Assembly (NCBI GenBank): GCA_038087875.1
Contig: JAXLNO010003320.1
Location: 62,001 to 126,000 of the forward strand
DNA from: Malacoraja senta
Taxonomy: Eukaryota
Direction of reading: 5' to 3'
DNA: 64,000 nucleotides
The notes under the pieces are model-generated. The model was not told the origin of the DNA and did no database searches. It saw only the letters and a list, made by a program, of their open reading frames with translations. This document shows, piece after piece, positions 25,450 through 38,070 of this stretch (positions within the stretch are counted from its first letter, which is position 1; the number at the start of each line of letters is the position of its first letter). Both the position numbers and the translations under genes were made by a program.

Positions 25450-26030
25450 CTTAACATTAAATTGAACCAGATATAAAACGGATCACTTTAGGTATGTCAG
25501 ATGCCTGCTCTAAATTAACGATATTCCAAAGACGTTTCCTCAACTATGGCCTCATAACGGGGAAAAAATTAATACTCAAATTCTGGAAACAGATAACAGT
25601 CCCTACAGTGAAGATGTGGATTACTGATGAGTCCGATACACTACATTTGGAAAATATTGGGCTTGTCTTGGCGGGAAAAGCAGATCAATTTCTTAAGACA
25701 TGGTTCCCTTTTACTGAATTTCTGCAACAACAGAATGGTTAAACACAAATTTAAACCTGATGCCAGGGATAGGTGAGGGGGGAAGGTATATTTCCATCTT
25801 TTTTTTTCTTATTTCTTTTCTTTTCTCTTGCACTTCTTTGGAACCTTAGGGTCTATTTTCTAGCTTGTTCTTATTTTACTTCTCTTTCGTCATTCTTTTC
25901 TTTTTTCTCTCTTTTTTTCGATTTAGGTTCTAACGTTAAAAATGAAGCTGTACAATAATTGTATAAGTGTTATGTCGATTGCCTTATCCTTGTACAATCG
26001 CTTCTAATAAAAGAAATTCAAAAATAAAAA
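25450..26030 (+). mobile_element. L1 3' fragment
   Basis: NYGLITGKKLILKFWK...PTVKMWI, homologous by eye to 30730-30930. Confidence 0.8.
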
Positions 26031-26104
26031 AACCCACTAAAGCTGCCTTTGGTTTCAAACCGCTAAAGCTGCCTTTGGTTTCAAACGCTAAAGCTGCCTT
26101 TAGA

Positions 26105-27030
26105 CAATAGACAATAGACAAGAGACAATAGGCCATTTGGCCCTTCGAGCCAGCACCGCCATTCAATGTGATCATGGCTGATCATCCCCAATCAGTACCC
26201 CGTTCCTGCCTTCTCCCCATATCCCTTGACGCCGCTATTTTTAAGAGCCCTATCTAGCTCTCTCTTGAAAGCATCCAGAGAAACTGCCTCCACCGCCCTC
26301 TGAGTCAGAGAATTCCACAGGCTCACCACTCTGTGAGAAATAGTGTTTCCTCGTCTCCGTTCAAATGGCTAACTCCTTATTCTTAAACTGTGGCTTCTGG
26401 ACTCCCCCAACATCGGGAACATGTTTCCTGCTCTAGCATGTCCAAGCCCTTAACAATCTTATATGTTTCAATGAGATCCCCTCTCATCCTTCTAAACTCC
26501 AGAGTGTACAAGCCCAGCTGCTCCATTCTCTCAGCATATGACAGTCCCGCCATCCCGGGAATTAACCTTGTAAACCAACGCTGCACTCCCTCAATAGCAA
26601 GAATGTCCTTCCTCAAATTAGGGAACCAAAACTGCACACAATACTCCAGGTGTGTCTCACTAGGGCTGTGTACAACTGCAGAAGGACCTCTTTGCTCCTA
26701 TATTCGATTCCTCTTGTTATAAAGGCCAACATGCATTCGCTTTCTTCACTGCCTGCTGTACCTGCATACATACTTTCATAGACTGATGTACAAGGACCCC
26801 CAGATCCCGTTGTACTTCCTTTTCCCAACTTGACGCCATTTAGATAGTAATCTGCGTTCCTGTTTTTGCTACCAAAGTGGGTAACCTCACATTTATCCAC
26901 ATTAAACTTCATCTGCCATGCATCTGCCCACTCCCCCAACCTGTCCAAGTCACCCTGCATTCTCATAGCATCCTATCACAGTTCACACTGCCACCCATCT
27001 TTGTGTCATCTGCAAATTTGCTAATGTTAG
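26105..27030 (-). mobile_element. CR1 LINE 3' fragment
   Basis: ORFs 26613-26966 and 26383-26637 give CR1 ORF2 C-terminal motifs; the tail is (AGACAAT)n. Confidence 0.88.
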
Positions 27031-28047
27031 AAACATAGAAACATAGAAAATAGGTACAGGAGGAGGCCATTCGGCCCTTCGAGCCAGCACCGCCATTCAT
27101 TGTGATCATGTCCCCTATCAATAACCCATGCCTGCCTTCTCCCCATATCCCTTGACTCCACTAGCCCCTAGAGCTCTATCTAACTCTCTCTTAAATCCAT
27201 CTAGTGACTTGGCCTCCACTGCCCTCTGTGGCAGGGAATTACATAAATTCACAACTCTCTGGGTGAAAACTTTTTTCTCACCTCAGTCTTAAATGACCTC
27301 CCCTTTATTCTAAGACTGTGGCCCCTGTTTCTGGACTCGCCCAACATTGGGAATATTTTTCCTGCATCTTGCTTGTCCAGTCTTTTTATAATTTTATATG
27401 TTTCTATAAGATTCCCCCTCATCCTTCTAAACTCTAGTGAATACAAGCCTAGTCTTTTCAATCTTTCCTCATATGACAATCCCACCATCCCAAGGATCAA
27501 TCTCTTGAACCTACGCTGTACTGCCTCAATCACAAGGATGTCCTTCCTCAAATTAGGAGACCAAAACAAAAACAGTACACAATACTCCAGATGTGGTCTC
27601 ACCAGACCCCTATACAACTGCAGAAGAACCTCTCTACTCCTATACTGAAATCCTCTTGTTATGAAGGCCAACATTCCATTAGTTTTCTTCACTGCCTGCT
27701 GTACCTGCACGCCAACTTTCAGTGACCGGTGTACAAGGATGCCCAGGTCTCGCTGCACCTCCCCCTTACCTAACCCAACCCCATTGAGATAATAATCTGC
27801 CCCCTTGTTTTTGCTGCCAAAGTGGATAACCTCACATTTATCTATATTATACTGCATCTGCCACGCATCTGCCCACTCACTCAACCTGTCCAGGTCACCC
27901 TGCAACCTCCTAACATCCTCTTCACAGTTCACACTGCCACCCAGCTATGTGTCATCCGCAAACCTGCTAGTGTTGCTCCTAATTCCCTCTTCCAAATCAT
28001 TAATATATATGGTAAACAATTGCGGCCCCAACACCGAGCCTTGCGGC

Positions 28048-31000
28048 CAGTGGCGGACTGGCCAGGGTATCAGCTTGCCCGATGGCAAGTGGGCCCCTGA
28101 TGAAGTGCCCCCCCCCCCCCCCTATATCAAATAAAAATGCAATAAACAAACAAACACAGATAACTGTTTTAGTAATAAAAAGGAATAAGATGTATCTGGC
28201 AGCTAGAATTACACTGAAAGTTTAATTTAAAAAAATATCCACAGTATCAACAGGGATGAACTACTTTTGAGTTAAAATTAGTCACAAAAATTTACATTCA
28301 TTCAATCTCACAGGACTTATCTTATAATAATTACTTACAATATTCTCTGATTTTACCGCTCCAGTGTGATTTTTAATTCTTTGAAAAGGTTCTCCCAATA
28401 CTTAAATGACACCAAATAATATAATATACTCCCAAAAAATTTCGGTTGGCAAGTGAGAAAATTTTGTATCAAAGATTTGTCCGTATTTTTGTCACACACA
28501 CTTGAAAAGCCTCAGCCTGCCCCCCCCCCCCCTTATTGAAGAGATGTTTTTAATTTTTAGTTTTTGTATATGTATAAAAGATCATTGTTGCATATAACTT
28601 CTTGTTGCATCATTCACCAGGCGGCCAGACGTGGCGTGGCTCCTTTACCATTCTTTTTATATAGTTTTTCAAGGATCGTAAAAAAAAATTATCGGTAAAC
28701 AATATCCAAATTCAGCTACATGTGAGTTCAAATTTAGATATTAGAAAAACGTAATTGTTACACCAGGGTAGGCTCCAGTTATCCATAGTAATTATCTGGT
28801 TATCAGTGACTGCATTGAAAATATTATATGAAAAGTTAATGAAGCCTGTTCTTCAGCATATGTGCTTAAACATAAGTTATTGTTAAAGCTATGTGAGAGG
28901 TATTATCAATATTCAGGATTTTTTCATGTATATATTCTTGTGAATCATTGTTCTCAGTGATGAACATTAAGTATCGTAAAAGTAATAGCCTTACAGATGA
29001 AACTAGTAGTGCTTGCATATCTCTCAAGGTTAACAAATATAAACCGGATATAAAATATGTGTCATCAGCGATGCAGCAGCAGGACTCATTGATGCTAAAT
29101 GTATAAAACGTCCACAATTATTATTCGGTATGTGCTTAAAGGTATTATCTGTGAGCGACTACTTTCAGTTGTGCCAAGTAATGATGGTACAGGACAGGGA
29201 CTTTTTGATCTATTGATTGAAACATTACAGCATCTTAAAATTGACCCCCAAAAATGTTTATCTGTATTATGTTTAACTATATTACAAAGTTAGAAACTAG
29301 TATTCCAAATCTATTAAATCTAATAACACAATTTGGTCAGTTCTCAGGATATAGGATTAATTGGAATAAAAGTGAAATTATGCCAATAACAAAATTCAAC
29401 TTAAATACAATACAACAATCCCCTTTTAAAATAGTTAAAGATAAACTTAAATATTTAGGAATCTATGTAACTAAGACATATACCTCTTTATTTAAACAAA
29501 ATTTTCCATCCTTACTTAATAAATTACACAAACATATTCAGTACTGGAAAACACTTCCTATTTCAATGCTTGGTAGAATTAATGCTATAAAAATGATTTT
29601 CTTACCGCAACTACTATATTTATTTCAATTAATTCCGATATATATTCCAAAAAACGTTTTCAAAAAAGTCGACTCCATTGTTTCAAGCTTTATTTGGGAT
29701 TATAAGAATCATAGAATAAGTAAAAAACATTTATGTAAGTCAAAGAGCAACGGAGGTTTGGCCTTGCCAAATTTATTATTTTATTTTTGGGCAGTCCATA
29801 TTAAAAACATGAATTTCTGGCTGGAAGAAATGGACCAACAACCAGAATGGTTAAGGATGGAAAAGGAAGACTGTTTACCTTTTGAAATAGGTTCGATTAT
29901 ATTTGCTACCACAAAATTGCATAAAAAAACCTATAAGGAAAACCCTATAATACATAGTGGAATACGAATTTGGAAACAATTAAAAAAGGCTTTAAAACTG
30001 AATAATATACCACTATGCCTTCCCATTGTAAATAATCCTCTATTCAAGCCATCCATATTGGATAGAGGTTTTATACAATGGAAAAATCAGGGAATTAAAA
30101 GGATTGGACATCTTTATAGGGAAGGCATCTTTCTGTCATTTCAAGAGTTACAACAGAATCATGGACTACACTCAAATAACTTTTTCAGATATTTACAAAT
30201 TAGAGATTATGTTAAATCCAATACACAAGTTTATAGGACTAGGGAACCAGAAATTCTTGATTAATGTTTGAATACGCATCCTAACACTGAAAAATTAATA
30301 GCTTATATTTATAACATTCTCCTAAATAATGAGGAACCACCGATGGAACTATATATACATAAATGGGAAAATGAGTTAGGTTATCCTATTACGAAAGATA
30401 TTTGGGACGAAAGTTTACAACATATACATCAATGTTCGTTAAATGCCAGACATGCTTTAATACAATTTAAAGTCTTACACAGATTACATTATTCCAAAAT
30501 AAAACTAAATAGAATTTTCCCACATATTTCTCCTATATGTGATAAATGCCTGCACCTAGAGGCCAATTTAACACATACCTTTGCAAATTGTATAAAAATT
30601 AAAAATTACTGGACTGATATTTTTCAAATAATCTCTGAAGTTGTTAATACCAAATTGGCTCCAGACTCAAAATTAATAATACTTGGGATATCAGAACAAA
30701 GTTTAACACTCACAACAAGCCAAAGAAACTTCCTTGACTACAGTATAATAACAGGGAAAAAATTAATATAAAAATTCTGGAAAGGCCCTACAACCCCCAC
30801 AATTAAAATGTGGATTGTGGAAATGTCGGAGACCCTACATCTAGAAAGAATTAGACTTGTCTTAATGGACAAGCAAGAACTTTTTGTTAAAATATGGGCT
30901 CCATTCATTGCCTATTTGAAGGGATAGAGTGGCCCAGCGCGAAAGCCCGACTGAAGCTTGAACTCAGGATTAGATGTAATTATATTTCATAACCTACGAA

Positions 31001-33115
31001 CTTATCTCCTATGACGTATTATAAGTTATTCATTCCACCTCTTTTTCTTTTTTGATATTGTAATTCTTCTTTCTCTCTTTTCTTTCTTCTTTCTCTCTAT
31101 TTTTCTTTTTCTATCTATATAAAAAAAAAACACTAGAAGCAGAAATAACTGACAATTGACAAATTTAATAATGTATGAGTGATTGATGTATATGAAAAGT
31201 TTTTTCTTCTATTATAATATGTTACTCTACATTGTAATATGTTTGCTTCTAATAAAAATTTATATCACAAAAAAAAAATGTTTATCTGATAGCACAGATG
31301 GCGCTGCAAGCTACTATGGCCAGTATAATGGTTTACAAAGTAAAATTGCTGATGTGGCTGATCAACATGTTCATATACAATACAATACAATACGGTTTTA
31401 TTCGTCACATTGCACATAAAGTGCAAGTGAAATGGTGCTATGCCCATGTCTTGAATTTGGTGATAACTGAAACAACAAATGTTGTGAGCCTGCAGTTTCT
31501 TTTTTCAATTTGCTCCAGAATAGAGCAACTTTTGTGAAAGCATCATACAAGAGAATGGCTGTATGGATAGAAGTTGTTGGAAAACATCTAGGATAAGAAA
31601 AAAATGAAACGATTAAAGCTAATTGGTGAGACCAGATGGTCAGGAAAATCCAATGCAGCAACAACTATATTTGGAAGTTTTGATGATGCCGCTGCCAGTA
31701 CTTTCGTAAATCTATTGACATGATTATCAATGATACAAGATTCAGAAAAGTTTGATGCAAAAACAAAACATGAAGCAAATGTTTTACTTCAAAGTCTTCT
31801 AAAGTTTGAAACCATATTGACAGCATTTCTTTACTTGTATATATTTGAAACTACAACCCGTTATCAAGTTATCTACAGACAAGTGGGTTAGATATGTTTA
31901 CTGCATGGAGTTTGGTAGATTCAGCTACAACAAAGTTGAAGGAACAGACAAGAACATTTAATAACGTTCACAGCAAGGCTTTGGAATTTGTAAAGAAATG
32001 TAATGACAGGATTTCACAGATGAATATGGATGAAAATCAAACATTGGAAATTATTGCGTTGGAAACAGCATTGCCAGTTAAGAGGCAGAGGAAGAAGAAA
32101 AGAATGGCAGATGAGCTTATTGATGATAAAAGAAATTCCTCAGATTCTCTAGCTGATTTTTGAGTAAATGTGTTTAACCCAATAATGGATCGCATTGTCC
32201 AGTCACTAGAATCACGCTTTGTACAACACAAACAGTTGTATAAAGATTTGTCCTGCTTGGACCCAGCAAAGTTTAAAACTATTGCAGAGAAGGGCCTTGA
32301 AGATGAAGCATTGGAAGGTATTATTAAGCTGTTTCCACAAATCAGCAAAGATCAAGTAATATTGGAATTGTTTTCTTTTGCTTCAAACTTTGATGTATTA
32401 AAGTTGCTTAATGATGGTGAGAATATGGATTCCAGTTGCAACAATTGTAAAAATGTGCAGCACTTGCCCATCGAGTGTACTAAACATTCTGGCATCCAAC
32501 AGACTTCATGACAAGGCATATGATAACCTTTATCAACTTTATAAAGTCATCTGCACACTATCAGTTACTCAAGTCCAATGTGAGAGGACATTTTCAAAGC
32601 TAAAGATCATAAAGACAAGGTTAAGAAATTCGCTGTCTGAGGAGAATTTGGAATCATACATGTTGCTAACCATTGAAAAGGAATTGTTAGATGAATTGGA
32701 TGCAGAAGCAATTATTGGCAGATTCGCACAATCATCTAGCGAACACAAACGATTGCTCTTAATATAGTGGACTGCATGCAATGCTCTATTGTGCTTTTCA
32801 ACTATCTGTTAATGTGTAAATTGTGCAGTAAATTATTTTAAAATATCAACCAATTACTTAAAATTAAAAAAAAAAAAATTATAACATTCTGTATTTACAT
32901 TCGGTATCTACTGCCAGTAATATGTACAGTACATGTACACTGTAATTACTAAGAACCATTTTTTTCACAAAAATTTTAAATTGTACCCTTTTTTCCATAT
33001 GTATTTTTTGAAAATATTATTTATTCGTTATGAAAATTAAATGATAGCATTGTAGTTGTGGGTGGGCCCCCTTTGTCTCCTGGCAACCAATATTTTTAGA
33101 CCCAGTCCGCCACTG
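28048..33115 (+). mobile_element. hAT DNA transposon (ZMYM1-like transposase remnants), inserted in a CR1
   Basis: Perfect 14-bp TIRs CAGTGGCGGACTGG (28048-28061, 33102-33115) and an 8-bp TSD CTTGCGGC (28040-28047, 33116-33123). Fragments include DGA, WCYAHVLNL and the C-terminal dimerisation motif CERTFSKLKIIKTRLRNSL (ORF 32411-32767). Several stops and frameshifts. Confidence 0.95.
29265..31273 (+). mobile_element. 5'-truncated L1-clade LINE inside the hAT transposase
   Basis: ORF2 C-terminal half (INWNKSE, KYLGI, GGLALP; ORFs 29254-30264 and 30268-30771), AATAAA and A tail. TSD AAAAATGTTTATCTG at 29250-29264 and 31274-31288. Confidence 0.93.
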
Positions 33116-36100
33116 CTTGCGGCACTCCACTCGCCACTTACTGCCATTCTGAAAAGGACCCGTTCACTCCTACTCTTTGCTTCCGGTCTGCCAACCAATT
33201 TTCTATCCATGTCAACACCTTACCCCCAATACCATGAGCTCTAATTTTAGTCACCAGTGTCCCGTGCGGGACCTTATCAAATGCTTTCTGAAAGTCCAGG
33301 TACACTACATCCACTGGCACCCCTTCATCCATTTTACTTGTCACATCCTCAAAAAATTCCAGAAGATTAGTCAAGCATGATTTCCCTTTCATAAATCCAT
33401 GTTGACGGACTAATCCTTTTACTGCTATCCAAATGCCCCATTATTACATCTTTAATAATTGACTCCAGCATCTTTCCCACCACCGAAGTCAGGCTAACTG
33501 GTCTGTAATTCCCTGTTTTCTCTCTCGCTCCTTTCTTGAAAAGTGGGATAACATTAGCTATCCTCCAATCCACAGGAACTGATCCTGAATCTATTGAACA
33601 TTGGAAAATGATCACCAATGCATCCACTATTTCTAGATCCACCTCCCTGAGGACCCTGGGATGCAGACCATCAGGTCCAGGGGATTTATCATCCTTCAGT
33701 CCCATTAGCCTACCCAATACTATTTCTCGCCTAATGAAAATTTCTTTCAGTTCCTCTACCCCCTTAGATCCTCTGTCCTCCAGTACAGCTGGGAGATTGT
33801 TTGTGTCTTCCTTAGTGAAGACAGATCCGAAGTACCTATTCAACTCTTCTGCCATTTCCTTGTTGCCCATAATAATTTCACCCGTGTCTGCCTTCAAGGG
33901 ACCCACATTTGACTTTGCTACTCTTTTTCCCTTAACATCTTTAAGCTTCTTTACTCAATACTCTGACTGATGAAGGACAAAGTGCCAAAATATTTTTTGA
34001 CCACCTAATATACCAGCGACTCAACCTTCAAGGAACCATGCAACCATCAACCATTCCTCTGCCCACCTGGCTAATTGATCGAGATCCTGCTGCAATCTTT
34101 CACAACCATTTTCACTATTTGCAAATCCACTCACTTCTGTATCATCAGCAAACTTGCTAATCTTGCCCTGTTCTGTGACGTTTCACAGAGTGCTGGAGTA
34201 ACTGAGTGCTGGAGTAATATTGCGAGGTCAGGCTGAGTACAGAAGTTGGGAGGTCATGTTGCAGTTGTATAAGAAGTTGATGAGGCCGCATTTAGAGTAT
34301 TGTATTCAGTTCTGGGCACCATGTAATAGGAAAGATGTCATTAAACTGGAAAGGGTACAGTGAAGATTTACGAGGATGTTGCCTCAGGACTAGAGGGCCA
34401 AGCTATAGGGAGAGGTTGAGTAGGCTGGTACTCTATTTCATGGAGCACAGGAGGATGAGGGATGATCTAATAGAGGTGTATAAAATCATGATTTGAATAG
34501 ATATGGTTGAGTCTTTTGCGCAGAGTAGGTGAATCGGGGAGCAGAGGACATAAGTTCAAGGTGAAGGGCTAAAGCTTTAATAGGAATCTGACAGGTATAT
34601 TTTTCACACAAAGGGTGGTAGGTGTATGGAACAAGCTGCCAGAGGAGGTACAGACAGGGACTATCGCAAAATTTAAGAAACACTTAAACAGGTATATGGA
34701 TAGGACATGTTCGGAGAGATATGGATCAAATGTGGACAGGACTAGTGTAGATGGGACATGCTGGGCCGAAGGGCCTGTTTCCACACTGTATCTCTCTATG
34801 ACTATCTATCTTTCCCTCTCAAACCCATTCTCCTGCCTTCTCCCCATTACCTCTGACACCTGTATCAATCAAGAATCTATCAATCTCCTCCTGAAAAGTG
34901 TCCATTGACTTGACCTCCACAGCTGTCTGTGGCAATGAATTCCACAGTTCACCACCTTCTGACTTAAGAAATTCCTGCTCATCTTCTTCCTAAAGGAATG
35001 TATTTTAATTCTGAGGCTGTGGCCACTGGTCCTAGACTCTCCCACTAGTGGAAACATCCTCTCCACATCCACTCCATCCAGGTTTTTACCAGGCTGGGAC
35101 AGACGGCAACAGCTTCACACCGTGTCCCAAAGCTTGTGTCCTGTCCTGCTTCACCCAGGCAGCAGAGACGTTATAGGAGAGGGCAAGCACCGTCACAAAG
35201 TAGCTCACGATGGTTTGGGTAACATTCAGGAATGTCTATGCATGTCACATCATGAATATAACTGAAGAAGGGTCTTGACCCGAAATATAATCTATACCTT
35301 TTCTCCAGAGATGCTGCCTGACCCAGTGATTTGCTCCAGCACTCTGTGAAATGTCACCTATCCATGTTCTCCGCAGATGCTGCCTGACTCACTGAGTTAC
35401 TCCAGCGCTCTGTGACATGTCACCTATCCATGTTCTCCAGAGATGCTGCCTGACCCACTGAGTTACTCCAGCACTCTGTGACATGTCACCTATCCATGTT
35501 CTCCACAGTTGCTGCCTGACCCGCTGAGTTACTCCAGCACTTTGTGTCTATTTTCCCTTCAGCCATGTGCCCAAGCCCACTCTCCCCTCTCCTTTCCTAT
35601 GTTCCTTTCCACCCATAAACCTATCTCTACCTTTACATTTCACTCCTCTTTCAAATCTGCTCTACTTATCTACATGCATTTTTCTTCTTAACTTTTTAGT
35701 CATAGAATGATGCAGTGTGGAAACAGGCCCTTCAGCCCAACTTGCCCACACCGACCAACATGTCCCATCTAAACTAGTCCCACTCACACGCGTCTGGCCC
35801 ATATCCATGTAAACCTCTCCTATCCATGTACGTGTCCAAATGTCTCTTAAACATTAGGATAGTCCCAGCCTTAACTACCTCCTCTGGCAGCTTGTTCCAT
35901 ATACCCACCACCCTTTGTGTGAAAAAGCTACCTCTCAGATTCCTGTTAATTTCTGAAATATTGGTCATGAATTTGATGCAAAAATGCTCCAAAATAAGGC
36001 TCAGAATGCATCAGAGAGCATCTAAAACCCCTGGACCCTGGCATCGAGGGACTTCACACTTCACGCTCGTGATGTGCACAGCGCGCACATTATTTCACAT

Positions 36101-36499
36101 TACAATCATGCACAGCGCGCACATTATTTCACATTACAATCTTTTTGTGATCCTGTCATGCCACCCCCCTTTTTGAAAAGCTTCGTACGGGACTGAGTTG
36201 GGAAGGCATGTTGGTGCTTTACAGGTCATCAGCCACTGTGTAGCACTGGGAGATGGTACTGATGAGTACAGTTTAGTCCTGGCACAGCAGTGTGTACTGA
36301 TAGGGACAGATCTATCACTGCATAACAGAGAATGCTGGAGAAACTCAAGAGGTCAGGCAGCATCTGTGGAGGGAATGGACAGACAACATTTTTAGTTGGG
36401 ACTATTCTTCACACTGATTGTAGTATGGGGGAAGAAAGCTGGAAAAGAAAGCTGCCGTCCAAAAACGAAAACTTGAATAAGCCCTTGATATAAGCCTGG

Positions 36500-37010
36500 C
36501 CGATTGTTTCACTGAACACCTTCACTCATTCCGCCTGGACCTACCTGATCTCCCGGTTCCCAAACACTTTACTTCCCCTTCCCATTCCCACACTGACCTT
36601 TCAGTCCTGGGCCTCCTCTTTTGTCAGAGTGAGGCCAAACGCAAATTAGAGGAACAGCATCTCATATTTCACTTGGGCACCTTACAACCAGTGGTATGAA
36701 TATTGAGTTCTCTGACTTCGTAATCCCTGCATTCCCTCTCTCTCCATCCCTCCCCCACCCAAGTCGTACCAGCTTCAAAGTCCCTTCTCACCTAACAAAC
36801 AGCTAACAATGGCCTGTTTTCTTTATCATCATTACTTTTGTGCAAATCTTTCATTGATTTGATCTATAGCTCTCTACATCACCGTCTATATCTCCCTTCC
36901 CTTTCCGCAGTCTGAAGAAGGGTCTCAAACCGAAATGTCACCTTTTCTCCAGAGATGCTATCTGACCAGGTGAGTTACTCCAGCTTTTTGTGTCTATCTT
37001 CAGTGTAAGC
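36500..37010 (+). mobile_element. Penelope-like 3' fragment with degenerate hammerhead motif
   Basis: GIY-YIG tail (LEEQHLIF-LG-LQP-GMNIEFS), pyrimidine-rich UTR and CTGAAGAAGGGTCTC at 36912. Confidence 0.8.
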
Positions 37011-37765
37011 TATAGCTTGCAAAAGGGTGGTTAATAAATATTATGTGAATGCTGCAGTGGGATTAAACAATGTCGACAATTGATGCGTAACTGACAGGAA
37101 GCAAAACTTTTTGTAAAATATCTCCTTTGTTCTGGAGGTGCATAACAATGTTGTCACTGCCCCTGTAGCATCTGGTGCCCTCTTGTGGTCAAAGTTACAG
37201 TAATCTGGCGGTTGCTGTCCACAGATATTTTATTACAAATTTGGAACAACAAAATTGATGCTGAGTCTCATCCCGGAATGTCAATAATTTCCTCCCTCCC
37301 CACAGATGCTGCTCGACCGCTGAGTTCCCCTAGGCTCCAGCAGTTTGTTTGTTGCTCCAGATTATGAGAGGCGTAGACAGTCAGAACCATTCACCAGTTT
37401 GGAAATGCTCAACTTTAGAGGCCAGAGCTAGAAAGTGAAAAGGGGAAGGTTTAATGGAGAAGTAGAGGGCATGTTTCTTTATACAGTGGGCGGGCGGGGG
37501 GGGGGGGGTGGAACGCACTGTATGGGTGGTGGTAGTGCAGATATGATAGTAGGATTTAAGAGACTTTCAGATAGGCACATGGAAGTGCGGGGAATAATAA
37601 TGAATTTTATTTATGGGCGCCTTATACCGAGGTCTCAAGGACACCTTACAGAGATTTATGGTTAACATATAATCAGAATTAAAAAAATAAGTTATAAAGG
37701 CCAATACACAAATCAGGGACAGAATTCCTTCCAAAAACACAAAAAAGAAAATCAGACCATTTTGT

Positions 37766-38070
37766 TTAGTTTTAGAGATACAGCGCTGAAATAGTCCCTT
37801 CATCCTACTGAGTCCGCGCCGACCAGCGATCCCCATAAACCAGCACCATCCGACACAGGTGAGACAATTTACCATTGTTTTTACCGAAGGACAATAACTT
37901 ACAAACCTGTATGTCTTTGGAGTGTGGGAGGAAATCAGAGCTCCCGGAGAAATCCCATGTGATCACGGGGAGAACGTACAAACACCTTACTGACAGCACC
38001 CGTTGTCAGGATCGAACCCGGGTCTCTGGCGCTGTAAGACAGCAGCTCCACCGCTGCGCCATTGTGCCAC
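37766..38070 (-). mobile_element. HE1-type SINE
   Basis: Same family motifs. Confidence 0.85.

Larger units (their letters stand above)
27030..33955 (-). mobile_element. CR1 LINE RT region split by the hAT (27030-28047 and 33116-33955)
   Basis: ORFs 27249-27932, 33138-33392 and 33367-33906 carry CR1 RT motifs ([30 protein letters not shown]). The sequence is continuous across the TSD. Confidence 0.9.
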
